Assembly: GCA_030148305.1 (NCBI GenBank)
Contig: JASBTS010000097.1
Coordinates: forward strand, 25,631 to 89,630
Direction of reading: 5' to 3'
DNA: 64,000 nt
Source: Allomuricauda sp.
GTDB lineage: Bacteria > Bacteroidota > Bacteroidia > Flavobacteriales > Flavobacteriaceae
How positions within the stretch are numbered: position 1 is the stretch's first letter; each line of letters begins with the position of its first letter. The notes beneath the pieces are model-generated. The model had not been told where the DNA came from and ran no database searches. It worked only from the letters and a program-made list of their open reading frames with translations. The position numbers and the translations under genes are program-made. Below are positions 29,142 through 38,992 of this stretch, piece by piece.

Positions 29142-29246
29142 TCCCGGTCAGCTTGATTGATTGGCCGGGAAACTATTCCCGAAAGGGGTGAGTTTGCGTT
29201 AGTTTTTTAAGAATCACCAAATCTTTTTTTAAGGTTTGGTGATTTT
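29142..29246 (+). terminator. Two tandem hairpins after susD
   Basis: TCCCGGTCAG..TTGGCCGGGA (29142-29170) and AATCACCAAATCTT..AAGGTTTGGTGATT+TT (29212-29246). Confidence 0.65.
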
Positions 29247-29280
29247 AAATGTAAAAATTACACATATTATATATCTTTAG
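29247..29280 (+). promoter_or_regulatory. Promoter with NrtR-type box (GT-N7-AC)
   Basis: AAATGT-AAAAATT-ACACAT (29247-29265) just upstream of a -7-like TATCTTTA (29272), before the ATG at 29320. Confidence 0.5.
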
Positions 29281-29319
29281 GACGCGATAAACCATTCATA
29301 AGATTAAAACAAACACAAA

Positions 29320-30384
29320 ATGAAAATCAAAAGCTTACTGATTACGGCCCTTTTCTTGGCTTCAGGCTTAGTTGTGGCACAATCTACCATTTCCCAAAAA
29401 TGGTCCATAGAAAAGGCAGAAAAATGGTATGACCAATATAAATGGCTCAATGGCGCTGATTTTATCCCAAGTACGGCCATCAACCAATTGGAGATGTGGC
29501 AAGAGGATACTTTTGACCCCGAGACCATAGATAGGGAGTTGGGCTATGCCCAAGGAATTGGGATGAATGTGATGCGGGTATACCTCCATAGTTTGGCATA
29601 CAAGCAAGATCCAAAAGGTTTTAAGAAAAGAATGAATCAGTATTTGGAAATTTCAGATAGCAAGGGAATCAAGACCATGTTCGTCATCTTTGATGATGTA
29701 TGGGGGAAAGAGCCCAAAATCGGAAAGCAGCCAGAACCTAAAACAGGTACACACAACTCAGGTTGGATGCAGGATCCTGGCGACCCGGCTTCCAAGGATA
29801 AAGCGAATTTTCCTTTTTTAGAAACGTATGTAAAGGACATTTTAACAACCTTCAAGGATGATAAAAGGGTTTTGCTTTGGGACTTGTACAACGAACCAGG
29901 AAACTCGGGTAAGATCAATGATTCCATGCCCTTGTTGGAAGCAGTGTTTTCATGGGCAAGGGAGGTAAATCCTTCCCAGCCCATCTCGGCAGGAATCTGG
30001 TCTTGGGGATTGGTGGACCTTAACGCCTTTCAAGCACTCCATTCCGATATCATTACTTATCACCATTATGGGGACCAACAAGACCATAAACTGATTATTG
30101 AGCTGTTGAGGACCCATGGCAGGCCTATGATCTGCACCGAGTATATGGCGAGAACCCGCAATAGCCGATTTTCTAACATCATGCCGATGTTAAAAGAAGA
30201 AAAAATAGGGGCCATTAACTGGGGATTGGTAAAAGGCAAGACCAATACCATATATCAGTGGGATACGCCTATTGATAGTGGGGAAGAACCGGTGGAATGG
30301 TTTCATGATATCTTCAGAAAGGATGGCACTCCATATCGTCAGGATGAGGTGGATTTGATAAAGAAATTGAACGGAAAGAAATAA
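29320..30384 (+). CDS. Clan GH-A glycoside hydrolase, GH5 subfamily 13-like
   Basis: Signal peptide; WS.EKA..WY, PSTAINQLEMWQ, acid/base WDLYNEPGN and nucleophile ICTEYMAR. The subfamily call is from recall and needs HMM confirmation. Confidence 0.75.
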   Translation: MKIKSLLITALFLASGLVVAQSTISQKWSIEKAEKWYDQYKWLNGADFIPSTAINQLEMWQEDTFDPETIDRELGYAQGIGMNVMRVYLHSLAYKQDPKGFKKRMNQYLEISDSKGIKTMFVIFDDVWGKEPKIGKQPEPKTGTHNSGWMQDPGDPASKDKANFPFLETYVKDILTTFKDDKRVLLWDLYNEPGNSGKINDSMPLLEAVFSWAREVNPSQPISAGIWSWGLVDLNAFQALHSDIITYHHYGDQQDHKLIIELLRTHGRPMICTEYMARTRNSRFSNIMPMLKEEKIGAINWGLVKGKTNTIYQWDTPIDSGEEPVEWFHDIFRKDGTPYRQDEVDLIKKLNGKK

Positions 30385-30413
30385 TTGACCTATTCTATTT
30401 AAAAGGGTAACCA

Positions 30414-31613
30414 ATGGCTGCAAAAATGACTAAAAGCAACATTTTATATATGGTTCTTGCTGTATTTCTCATCAACCAAATGAGTTCATGCAAGAACCAG
30501 GAAAAGGAAACTATGCAACAATCCGACGATGCGAACAGTAAGGAAATGGGATTGGAATCGGTTTTAAAACCATCGGATTTTGATACCATTGTTGATGGAA
30601 AGAAGGTTGGGCTGTACTGGATAAAAAACAAGGACATTGAGGTGGCCATGACCAACTACGGTGGCCGTATCGTTGGTCTTTGGGTGCCCGACAAGAATGG
30701 TATCATGACTGATGTAGTGGTAGGCTTTGACAGTGCAAAGGGTTTTATAACTTCTACCGAACCGTACTTTGGGGCTACCATTGGTAGGGTAGGCAACCGC
30801 ATTGCCAAAGGAAAGTTCTCTTTAAATGGTGAGGAATACAACATCCCCATCAATAATGGGGAAAACTCCCTACATGGCGGTATAAAAGGATTTCAGGATG
30901 TAGTTTGGGACGTGCAGCAACCCAATGCACAAACCTTGGTCTTTCAATACAACTCTCCGGATATGGAAGAGGGCTTTCCTGGGAATCTATCGGTAAAGGT
31001 GACCTATTCGGTTACGGCCGACCGGGCGATTGTAATGGAGTATGAAGCCACAACGGACAAAACAACCGTGGTAAACCTAACCAATCATGCCTTTTTTAAT
31101 TTGAACGGGGAAGGAAGTGGGACCATTTTAAACCATGAGGTGACCCTGTTTGCAGACGCTTATACGCCAGTTGATTCTGGACTTATTCCTACTGGGGAAT
31201 TGGCTCCGGTGAAAGGAACCCCATTTGATTTTACAACCCCACATACCATTGGGGAGCGAATTTCAGAAGAGGACCTTCAATTGAAGAACGGAGGGGGATA
31301 TGACCACAATTTTGTTTTGAACAAAACCCAAAAAGAGGGAATGAACCATGTAGGAACCATCGTTGGGGACCGGTTTGGGATAGTTATGGATGTCATTACA
31401 GAAGAACCTGGGGTACAATTTTACAGCGGGAATTTCATGCTGGGAAAAAACACGTTTAAATCTGGTGCAACGGATACGTACCGTACCGCATTTGCTTTGG
31501 AAACGCAACATTTCCCGGATGCACCCAATCACCCAAATTTTCCTCAGATCACCTTGGAACCTGGGGAAAAATATACGACCAAATCGGTGTACAGATTCAG
31601 TGCGAGAAACTAA
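30414..31613 (+). CDS. galM: Aldose 1-epimerase (mutarotase), lipoprotein-type N-terminus
   Basis: YFGATIGRVGNRI, NSLHGG, EEGFPGNL, NLTNHAFFNL, GYDHNF, PGVQFYSGNF and LETQHFPDAPN motifs. Confidence 0.93.
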   Translation: MAAKMTKSNILYMVLAVFLINQMSSCKNQEKETMQQSDDANSKEMGLESVLKPSDFDTIVDGKKVGLYWIKNKDIEVAMTNYGGRIVGLWVPDKNGIMTDVVVGFDSAKGFITSTEPYFGATIGRVGNRIAKGKFSLNGEEYNIPINNGENSLHGGIKGFQDVVWDVQQPNAQTLVFQYNSPDMEEGFPGNLSVKVTYSVTADRAIVMEYEATTDKTTVVNLTNHAFFNLNGEGSGTILNHEVTLFADAYTPVDSGLIPTGELAPVKGTPFDFTTPHTIGERISEEDLQLKNGGGYDHNFVLNKTQKEGMNHVGTIVGDRFGIVMDVITEEPGVQFYSGNFMLGKNTFKSGATDTYRTAFALETQHFPDAPNHPNFPQITLEPGEKYTTKSVYRFSARN

Positions 31614-31631
31614 AAATCAACCAAGATCATA

Positions 31632-34076
31632 ATGAAAAAAAATATTGTTTTAGCATCCCTTTTTCTTTGGACAGGGATTCTATATCCACAGGACAGAAAG
31701 GCACCTGCCTATCCCTTGATCACACACGATCCCTATTTTAGCATCTGGTCTTTTTCGGATGAATTGAATGGTGAGCCCACCAAACATTGGACGGGAACCG
31801 ATCAACCTTTGATCGGGTTCCTAAAAGTGGATGGTGTCAATTATAGATTTTTGGGGAAGGAGCCAGCTAATTATGTGGAAGTCCTTTCCACTGGTGGAGA
31901 AATGGGGTATCCCGTGAAAATGACCACATCATCCCCTAAGGGTGAGTGGTATAAAACGGATTATGACGATGCCGGGTGGGATGCACGATCAGGGCCGTTT
32001 GGCAACGATTATAAGGCCAAGACCAAATGGACCACGGATGATATTTGGTATCGAAGAAACTTCAACTTGGATGCACTGAATTTCAACAAACTCTTCCTCA
32101 AACTCTATTATGATGACAATATTGAAGTGTATCTGAATGGTCAGGAAATCTTCACGGCAAATTGTTGCGCCAGTCAGTATCGATATGAGGAAATGGAAGA
32201 AACCTTTGTGAAACTGCTCAAAAAAACGGGTAATGTGTTGGCCGTCCATGTGAAGAATACAGGCGGGGATCAGTATGTTGATGTAGGACTGGTAGATTTG
32301 GTCAAGTCCACTTCAGAGATGAAGATGGCCCAACAGACCCATCTGGACATGACGGCTACCCAAACCATTTATGGTTTTTCCTGCGGGGGAATCGATCTTC
32401 AACTCACTTTCACCTCTCCTTTGTTGTTGGACGATTTGGATGTATTATCAAGACCCGTATCGTACGTAACATTTAAAACGACTCCCAATGATGGCAAGTC
32501 CCATGAGGTACAATTGTTTTTTGGGGCTTCTACCGCTTTAGGCACCAATGACCCCAGCCAATCCGTGGTCGCTGAAAAATCAACAACATCACAACTATCC
32601 TTTTTAAAGGCAGGAACACAGGCACAACCGATCCTGGAAAAGAAAGGGGACAACTTGAGGATCGATTGGGGATATCTGTACGTGGCAACTCCCAATGAAG
32701 CCCAAGCGGTGCTAAATGTTACTTCTACCGGAGAGGCACGAGCTGATTTTGAGAAAGGAACCCAGCATCCGTTCCAAACCAACGGTAAAGAACTTGTATT
32801 GGGAACCACATTTCCAAAGGAAAAAATAACCACGGCAAAAGAATATAAGGTTTTGGTGGGCTATGATGATATTCTTAGCATCCAATACTTTGAGGAGAAC
32901 CTGAGACCTTGGTGGAACCGAAACGGGAACAATTCCATTCTTACCGAGTTGGACAAGGCCAATACGGAGTACAGTACTATTGCGGCAAAATGTGATGTTT
33001 TTGACAAGGAATTAAGGGAGAAAGCAACAGCCGTTGGTGGACAATCCTATGCCGAATTATGTGAAATTGGATATAGACAGAGCATTGCGGCCCATAAACT
33101 GGTACAGAGTCCCGATGGTGAAACCCTGTTCCTTTCCAAAGAAAACTTCAGCAATGGTTGCATAAACACGGTGGATGTTACATATCCTTCATCCCCCCTG
33201 TATCTTATGTACAATCCAGAACTCATGAAAGGCATGCTCACCGGCATCTTTTATTATTCGGAAAGTGGAAGGCACAAGGAACCTTTCGCCGCACATGATC
33301 TGGGTACCTATCCCAAGGCAAATGGACAAACTTACGGGGAGCCCATGCCCGTGGAAGAATCGGGAAACATGATTATTTTGACAGCGGCAATAGCCATGGC
33401 AGAAGGAAATGCAGATTATGCAAAAAAGCATTGGGAAACCCTGAGTCTGTGGGCGGAATATTTGGCTGACAAGGGATTTGACCCTGGAAACCAACTGTGT
33501 ACCGACGACTTTGCAGGACACCTTGCCCGTAATGCCAACCTTTCCATAAAGGCCATTGTGGCCCTAGGCAGTTATGGCTATTTGGCCAACCAATTAGGTA
33601 TGGAAGCATTGGGTGAAAAATATCTTGTTATGGCAAAATCCATGGCCCAAAAATGGATGCAGCTGGCCGATGGTGGCGATCACTACGCCCTTACTTTTGA
33701 CGACCCCAATACGTGGAGCCAAAAATATAATCTGGTATGGGACAAAATATTTGGCTTTGACCTGTTTCCACAAAAGGTGTACGATACGGAGATTTCCTAT
33801 TATCTGAAACATCAAAACAAGTATGGTCTTCCCTTGGACAATAGGTCGGATTATACAAAATCAGATTGGATATTGTGGACAGCCACTTTAACCGATGATC
33901 CAAATGATTTCAAGGCCTTGGTCGACCCGGTAATGGAATTTGCCAAGGAATCCCCAGATCGTGTTCCCATGAGTGATTGGCATTTTACGAGTAGTGGGGA
34001 GGTAAGGGGCTTTCAGGCCAGGAGTGTGGTGGGAGGCTACTTTATCAAATTGTTGGAAGATAAATGGAAAAAGTAG
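31632..34076 (+). CDS. 'Glutaminase A-like' DUF4964/DUF5127/DUF4965/DUF1793 protein, probable (alpha/alpha)6 glycoside hydrolase
   Basis: RKAPAYPLITHDPYFSIWS, SKENFSNGCINTVDVTYPS, AAHDLGTYP, MPVEESGNM, QLCTDDFAG, WSQKYNLVWD and FQARSVVGG. An inserted galactose-binding-like domain (DIWYRRNF..DDNIEVYLNG) is present. Confidence 0.8.
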   Translation: MKKNIVLASLFLWTGILYPQDRKAPAYPLITHDPYFSIWSFSDELNGEPTKHWTGTDQPLIGFLKVDGVNYRFLGKEPANYVEVLSTGGEMGYPVKMTTSSPKGEWYKTDYDDAGWDARSGPFGNDYKAKTKWTTDDIWYRRNFNLDALNFNKLFLKLYYDDNIEVYLNGQEIFTANCCASQYRYEEMEETFVKLLKKTGNVLAVHVKNTGGDQYVDVGLVDLVKSTSEMKMAQQTHLDMTATQTIYGFSCGGIDLQLTFTSPLLLDDLDVLSRPVSYVTFKTTPNDGKSHEVQLFFGASTALGTNDPSQSVVAEKSTTSQLSFLKAGTQAQPILEKKGDNLRIDWGYLYVATPNEAQAVLNVTSTGEARADFEKGTQHPFQTNGKELVLGTTFPKEKITTAKEYKVLVGYDDILSIQYFEENLRPWWNRNGNNSILTELDKANTEYSTIAAKCDVFDKELREKATAVGGQSYAELCEIGYRQSIAAHKLVQSPDGETLFLSKENFSNGCINTVDVTYPSSPLYLMYNPELMKGMLTGIFYYSESGRHKEPFAAHDLGTYPKANGQTYGEPMPVEESGNMIILTAAIAMAEGNADYAKKHWETLSLWAEYLADKGFDPGNQLCTDDFAGHLARNANLSIKAIVALGSYGYLANQLGMEALGEKYLVMAKSMAQKWMQLADGGDHYALTFDDPNTWSQKYNLVWDKIFGFDLFPQKVYDTEISYYLKHQNKYGLPLDNRSDYTKSDWILWTATLTDDPNDFKALVDPVMEFAKESPDRVPMSDWHFTSSGEVRGFQARSVVGGYFIKLLEDKWKK

Positions 34077-35246
34077 GTGAGTGATCATCATGAATACGTG
34101 GTAAAGGAAAATACAATGCATCGATTGAAAACTGATTTGGTCGTCACTTCACCAGGAAGGATCAACCTCATTGGAGAACATACGGACTATAATGACGGCT
34201 TTGTGCTTCCCGCAGCAATTGATAAGGCCATCATTCTGAAATTGGGAAAAAACGGAACCAAAAGCGATTGTAGGATACACAGTCAAGGTTTTGGGGAGAT
34301 TGTACATATTGATTTGGCGAGCATCTCCAAAAGCAACAACGATTGGGAAAATTACATCCTTGGGGTACTGCATGAACTCATGTTGTTGACGGATAAACTA
34401 AGAGGGTTTGATTGTACCATTGAGAGCCATCTTCCCATTGGGTCGGGAGTAAGTTCATCGGCAGCGTTGGAGTGCGGACTCGCTTTCGGGTTAAATAAAT
34501 TGTTTGACCTTGGGTTGCGCAAATGGGATATCATTCAATTGTCGCAACGGGCAGAACACAACTTTGTGGGCACCAAGTGCGGTATCATGGATCAATTTGC
34601 ATCGGTGATGGGCAAGGACCAACATGTGATGTTGCTGGACTGCAAGACCTTGGATTTTGAGTATATCCCGATCAATATAGAACCTTATAGGATTTTATTG
34701 TTGAACACCAACGTTAGACATAATCTGGCTTTTGGCGAATACAATGTTCGTAGGGAACAATGCCATAATGGATTGGCCATTGTTGGGAAACAATTCCAAA
34801 TTGGGGGTACGTTCAGAAATGTAACGATGGACATGCTGAACGCATGTAGAAGTGAAATGGGAGATGTGGTATACAATAGATGCTCCTATGTAATCCAAGA
34901 AAACGAAAGGGTGCTGGAAGCGGTACAGGCTCTTCGGGCCCGAAAAATGGAAAAGTTCGGGGAATTGCTTTACCAGACCCATACAGGACTGAGCGAACAG
35001 TTTGAGGTCAGTTGTCCCGAACTCGATTTTTTGGTCAATTTTTCCAAAGAATGGAAAGAGGTCTTGGGAGCCCGTATGATGGGCGGTGGCTTCGGAGGAT
35101 GTACATTGAACATTGTCCATAAAGATGCTGCCGAAGACTTTATTGAAGAAGCCAGTAAGGTCTACAAAAAGAAATTTTCATTGGAACTTTCAGCGTTCCA
35201 GACCCTTCCAAGCAAGGGAACCTCAATCATGGAAAAGAATGGATAA
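34077..35246 (+). CDS. galK: Galactokinase
   Basis: SPGRINLIGEHTDYNDGFVLPAAI, PIGSGVSSSAALE, CGIMDQF and GARMMGGGFGGC. The start may be the ATG at 34116. Confidence 0.95.
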   Translation: MSDHHEYVVKENTMHRLKTDLVVTSPGRINLIGEHTDYNDGFVLPAAIDKAIILKLGKNGTKSDCRIHSQGFGEIVHIDLASISKSNNDWENYILGVLHELMLLTDKLRGFDCTIESHLPIGSGVSSSAALECGLAFGLNKLFDLGLRKWDIIQLSQRAEHNFVGTKCGIMDQFASVMGKDQHVMLLDCKTLDFEYIPINIEPYRILLLNTNVRHNLAFGEYNVRREQCHNGLAIVGKQFQIGGTFRNVTMDMLNACRSEMGDVVYNRCSYVIQENERVLEAVQALRARKMEKFGELLYQTHTGLSEQFEVSCPELDFLVNFSKEWKEVLGARMMGGGFGGCTLNIVHKDAAEDFIEEASKVYKKKFSLELSAFQTLPSKGTSIMEKNG

Positions 35247-36282
35247 AAGGAAATTCTATAACAATCCACATCGTAGATACAACATCCTGACCGGGGAATG
35301 GGTTTTGGTTTCGCCACACCGGACCAAAAGACCATGGCAGGGCAAACAGGAAGGGCATCCTGTCTTGGATAGGCCTTCTTACGATGCAAATTGTTACCTG
35401 TGTCCGGGTAATCAAAGGGCGAGTGGGGAGTCTAACCCAAAATATGAACAGGTTTTCAGTTTTGTAAACGACTATTCTGCACTGCTTGATGATACCCCAA
35501 TTTCCACTTATCAAAACGGACTTTTAAAGGCGCAAGGAGAAAAAGGAATTTGCAAGGTGGTGTGCTTTTCACCTGATCATTCATTGACTCTTCCTTTAAT
35601 GGAAGCGCAGGATATTGAGAAGATAATAGAGGTCTGGCAGCAAGAGTACGATACACTTGGTAAAGAGGAAAACATCAGTCATGTCCAAATCTTTGAAAAT
35701 AAAGGGGACATTATGGGATGTAGCAATCCACATCCACATGGACAGATTTGGGCCCAAAGTTCCATTCCACAGGAAGTGGAAAAAAAGACAAGACAGCAAC
35801 AGTTGTATTGGGAGCAAAACCAAAAGAGTCTTTTGGCTGATTATCTGGAACAGGAATTGGAATCTGGCGAGCGTATCATTTTGGAAAATGAACATTTTGT
35901 AGCCTTGGTACCGTATTGGGCCGTATGGCCCTATGAGGTTATGATCATTCCCAAAAAGCACCGAAGGGATATCTTGGAAATGGATAATGCGGAAAAGAAA
36001 GGGTTCGCGGAGATGATCAAAAAAGTGACGGTTAGGTACGATAACCTCTTCGAAACAACTTTTCCATATTCATCCGGTATACACCAACGACCCACGGATG
36101 GCTTGGAACATCCGGAATGGCACTTTCATATGTCGTTCTACCCACCATTGTTACGTTCCGCAACCGTAAAGAAATTTATGGTTGGGTATGAAATGTTTGC
36201 CAATCCACAACGGGATATCACGGCAGAATATGCCGCGGATATTTTGAGAAATCTACCCGACCGACATTACAGTTTACAATAA
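35239..36282 (+). CDS. galT: Galactose-1-phosphate uridylyltransferase
   Basis: HRRYNILTGEWVLVSPHRTKRPWQG, CYLCPGN, catalytic GCSNPHPHGQ and PPLLRSATVKKFMVGYEM. Start moved to MDKRKF, overlapping galK by 8 bp. Confidence 0.95.
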   Translation: MDKRKFYNNPHRRYNILTGEWVLVSPHRTKRPWQGKQEGHPVLDRPSYDANCYLCPGNQRASGESNPKYEQVFSFVNDYSALLDDTPISTYQNGLLKAQGEKGICKVVCFSPDHSLTLPLMEAQDIEKIIEVWQQEYDTLGKEENISHVQIFENKGDIMGCSNPHPHGQIWAQSSIPQEVEKKTRQQQLYWEQNQKSLLADYLEQELESGERIILENEHFVALVPYWAVWPYEVMIIPKKHRRDILEMDNAEKKGFAEMIKKVTVRYDNLFETTFPYSSGIHQRPTDGLEHPEWHFHMSFYPPLLRSATVKKFMVGYEMFANPQRDITAEYAADILRNLPDRHYSLQ

Positions 36283-36325
36283 TCCTTCGATAGGCTTAAG
36301 TTGCTAGGATAAGGGGTCGGCTAAA

Positions 36326-37264
36326 ATGAAGTTCAACATAAAAACAACAGCCATGAGATGGACCATACTAACCTTTGTTCTTGTGCTCTACACGGGTATT
36401 CACGCCCAAGATACTATCATCCCACTTTGGGGTGATGCCATTCCTAACCAACTGAAATCAACTGAAAAGGAAAGGAGGGTAAACACGGACTATTCAGCCA
36501 TTTTTAATGTGCAAAACCCAACCATTGAGGGTTATTTGCCAAGTAAACGTAGTGCTACAGGGCAAGCTGTTTTAATTTTTCCAGGAGGGAGCTATAATGA
36601 ATTGGTATTTGGATGGGAAGGGCTTGATGCGGCCAAGGCATTGAGTGCAAAAGGAGTAGCTGCATTCGTGGTAAAGTATAGATTGCCTGTTTCAAAATCT
36701 TTGATCGATCGGCAAAACGTACCATTACAGGATGCACAAAGGGCCATAAGGCTTGTTAGGGGAAAGGCCAAAGAATTTGGAATCGATCCCAACAAAATTG
36801 GCATCATGGGTTTCTCTGCGGGAGGGCATGCCGCCTCCACGCTGGGGACACATTTTCAAGAGCAGGTGTATGTGCCCAAGGATGAATGGGACACTGTAAG
36901 CGCACGACCCACTTTTATGGCCTTGATCTATCCTGTGATCACCATGACAAAGCCATTGATGCACCTGGGTTCGCGAACGGCACTTTTGGGCGAGACCAAT
37001 GATGAAAATCTTGTTCACAGGTTTTCCAATGAATTGAATGTGACCAAGGATACCCCGCCCGCTTTTTTAATCCATTCGGTCGACGATGATATTGTGCCGG
37101 TGGAAAATACCTTATTGTTTTTTAATGCCCTAAAAAACAATGGTGTACCTGTAGAAATGCATATTTACCCATATGGTGGACATGGTTATGCCATTGGAAG
37201 GAAGGACGAACACCTAAAATGGTGGCTCGATGATTTTGTCAGGTGGCTTAATGATTACTTTTGA
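36326..37264 (+). CDS. Secreted alpha/beta-hydrolase (carbohydrate esterase-like)
   Basis: PGGSY oxyanion loop, GFSAGG nucleophile elbow, DDIVP and GGHGY complete the triad; signal peptide. Confidence 0.85.
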   Translation: MKFNIKTTAMRWTILTFVLVLYTGIHAQDTIIPLWGDAIPNQLKSTEKERRVNTDYSAIFNVQNPTIEGYLPSKRSATGQAVLIFPGGSYNELVFGWEGLDAAKALSAKGVAAFVVKYRLPVSKSLIDRQNVPLQDAQRAIRLVRGKAKEFGIDPNKIGIMGFSAGGHAASTLGTHFQEQVYVPKDEWDTVSARPTFMALIYPVITMTKPLMHLGSRTALLGETNDENLVHRFSNELNVTKDTPPAFLIHSVDDDIVPVENTLLFFNALKNNGVPVEMHIYPYGGHGYAIGRKDEHLKWWLDDFVRWLNDYF

Positions 37265-37455
37265 TGGTGTCATAGCCATAAATTCAGCCAACCATCCATT
37301 TATCAGTGCAGTTTTGAGCGTAACGGAAGAATCGTTGTTATTTTTCCAGTCATGTTTGCTTAACCCTTTATTTGGTCTTATTTTGGTAAGCAATTGATAA
37401 ACCAAAGATAGGTCGGTAGCTCGACTGATTTTTTGGTCTTGAAGAAAAATTCAAC

Positions 37456-38910
37456 ATGAACAGACTTCCCAACCTTTTTTTAACACTGTTTTTTTTAGTG
37501 GGATTATCTTGCTCTCAAAAGCATGATGTTTTTCCACCACAACCTATAGGTCCAATACCCTCTGAAGATCAATTGGCCTGGCATGAAATGGAACTCAATG
37601 CCTTTATCCAGTTCACCATCAATACCTTTACGGATAAGGAATGGGGTTATGGTGACGAATCGCCCGAATTGTTCGATCCTTCAGCAATTAATGTGGACCA
37701 ATGGATCAAGACCTTGAAGGAGGCAGGTTTTAAAGGGGTGATTTTGACCGCCAAACATCACGATGGTTTTGCACTATGGCCCTCAAAGTATACGGAACAC
37801 TCCATAAAGAACAGCCCCTTCCAATCCGGACAGGGCGATATTGTAAAATTGGTTTCCGAATCTGCCCAAAAGTATGGGCTCAAGTTTGGTACATATTTAT
37901 CGCCTTGGGATAGGAATAGGGCGGATTATGGTAAGGATTCATATGTAGAATATTATCGCAACCAGCTTAAAGAATTGTTCACCGGTTACGGACCTGTTTT
38001 TGAAATGTGGTTCGATGGGGCCAATGGAGGGGACGGATATTATGGAGGTGCTCGTGAGAGCAGGACCATTGACAGACAACTATATTATGACTGGCCCACT
38101 ACCTTGGCTATGGTGGATTCCATGCAGCCCCAGGTTCTTTTTTTCAGTGATGCGGGACCGGATATCCGCTGGGTAGGAAATGAAAGGGGATTTGCCGGGG
38201 AAACCAATTGGAATACCATTACCCCTGATACTTTGTATGCAGGTAAGGCAGGCATTGAAGAGCTTTTGCAACATGGCACCAAAGGGGGAAGCCGTTGGAT
38301 TCCTGCAGAAGTGGACGTATCCATTAGACCGGGTTGGTTTTATCATCAATCCCAGGATTCATTGGTAAGAAGTGCGGGAAATCTTTTTCAATTGTATTTG
38401 ACTTCGGTGGGACGGGGTTCCAATCTCTTGTTGAATGTTCCTCCGGACCGTCGTGGACTTTTTCATGAGAAGGATGTTGCCGCCCTTCAAGGATTTAGAA
38501 AGATACTGGATAGTGTTTTTAATGTGGATTTGGCTCAATCAGCCCGAATCACAGCCGAATCCATTCGAGGGAATGACGAAAGATATTCACCTTCAAACTT
38601 GAATGATGGTAACGGGGACACGTATTGGGCAACGGATGATGAAGTGATCCAAGCCGCTTTCGAATTGGATTTTGGGGCTTCAACAAAAATGAGTTATTTG
38701 CTTTTACAGGAATATATCCCATTAGGGCAACGGGTTGCAGCCTTTGAGGTTCAGATACCAAAGGGCGATCAATGGGAAACAATTGCCACGGGAACAACCA
38801 TAGGTTACAAACGGATTTTGGAACTCGAGGGAGTGGAGGCATCCAAGTTGAGAATTAAATTCACCGATGCCTTGGGCTGTCCTGTAATCTCGAACGTTGG
38901 TGTTTATTAA
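37456..38910 (+). CDS. GH29 alpha-L-fucosidase lipoprotein with C-terminal CBM32/F5-8 domain
   Basis: Lipobox LSC; LTAKHHDGFALWPS, YLSPWDR, nucleophile WFDGA, RWVGNERG, SIRPGWFYH and SVGRGSNLLLNVPP. Confidence 0.93.
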   Translation: MNRLPNLFLTLFFLVGLSCSQKHDVFPPQPIGPIPSEDQLAWHEMELNAFIQFTINTFTDKEWGYGDESPELFDPSAINVDQWIKTLKEAGFKGVILTAKHHDGFALWPSKYTEHSIKNSPFQSGQGDIVKLVSESAQKYGLKFGTYLSPWDRNRADYGKDSYVEYYRNQLKELFTGYGPVFEMWFDGANGGDGYYGGARESRTIDRQLYYDWPTTLAMVDSMQPQVLFFSDAGPDIRWVGNERGFAGETNWNTITPDTLYAGKAGIEELLQHGTKGGSRWIPAEVDVSIRPGWFYHQSQDSLVRSAGNLFQLYLTSVGRGSNLLLNVPPDRRGLFHEKDVAALQGFRKILDSVFNVDLAQSARITAESIRGNDERYSPSNLNDGNGDTYWATDDEVIQAAFELDFGASTKMSYLLLQEYIPLGQRVAAFEVQIPKGDQWETIATGTTIGYKRILELEGVEASKLRIKFTDALGCPVISNVGVY

Positions 38911-38992
38911 GAGAGGTCTCCCTTTTTATTACTCCAAATATTGGGATGAAAACTGTTCAAATGGAAGTGTTCAAAATATGTAAACCCAAAGA

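Noticed and set aside
35113-35238. Long galK/galT overlap implied by the ORF track
   Set aside because: GalT similarity begins at MDKRKF (35239). The uxuA extension 51720-51764 is the same kind of artefact.
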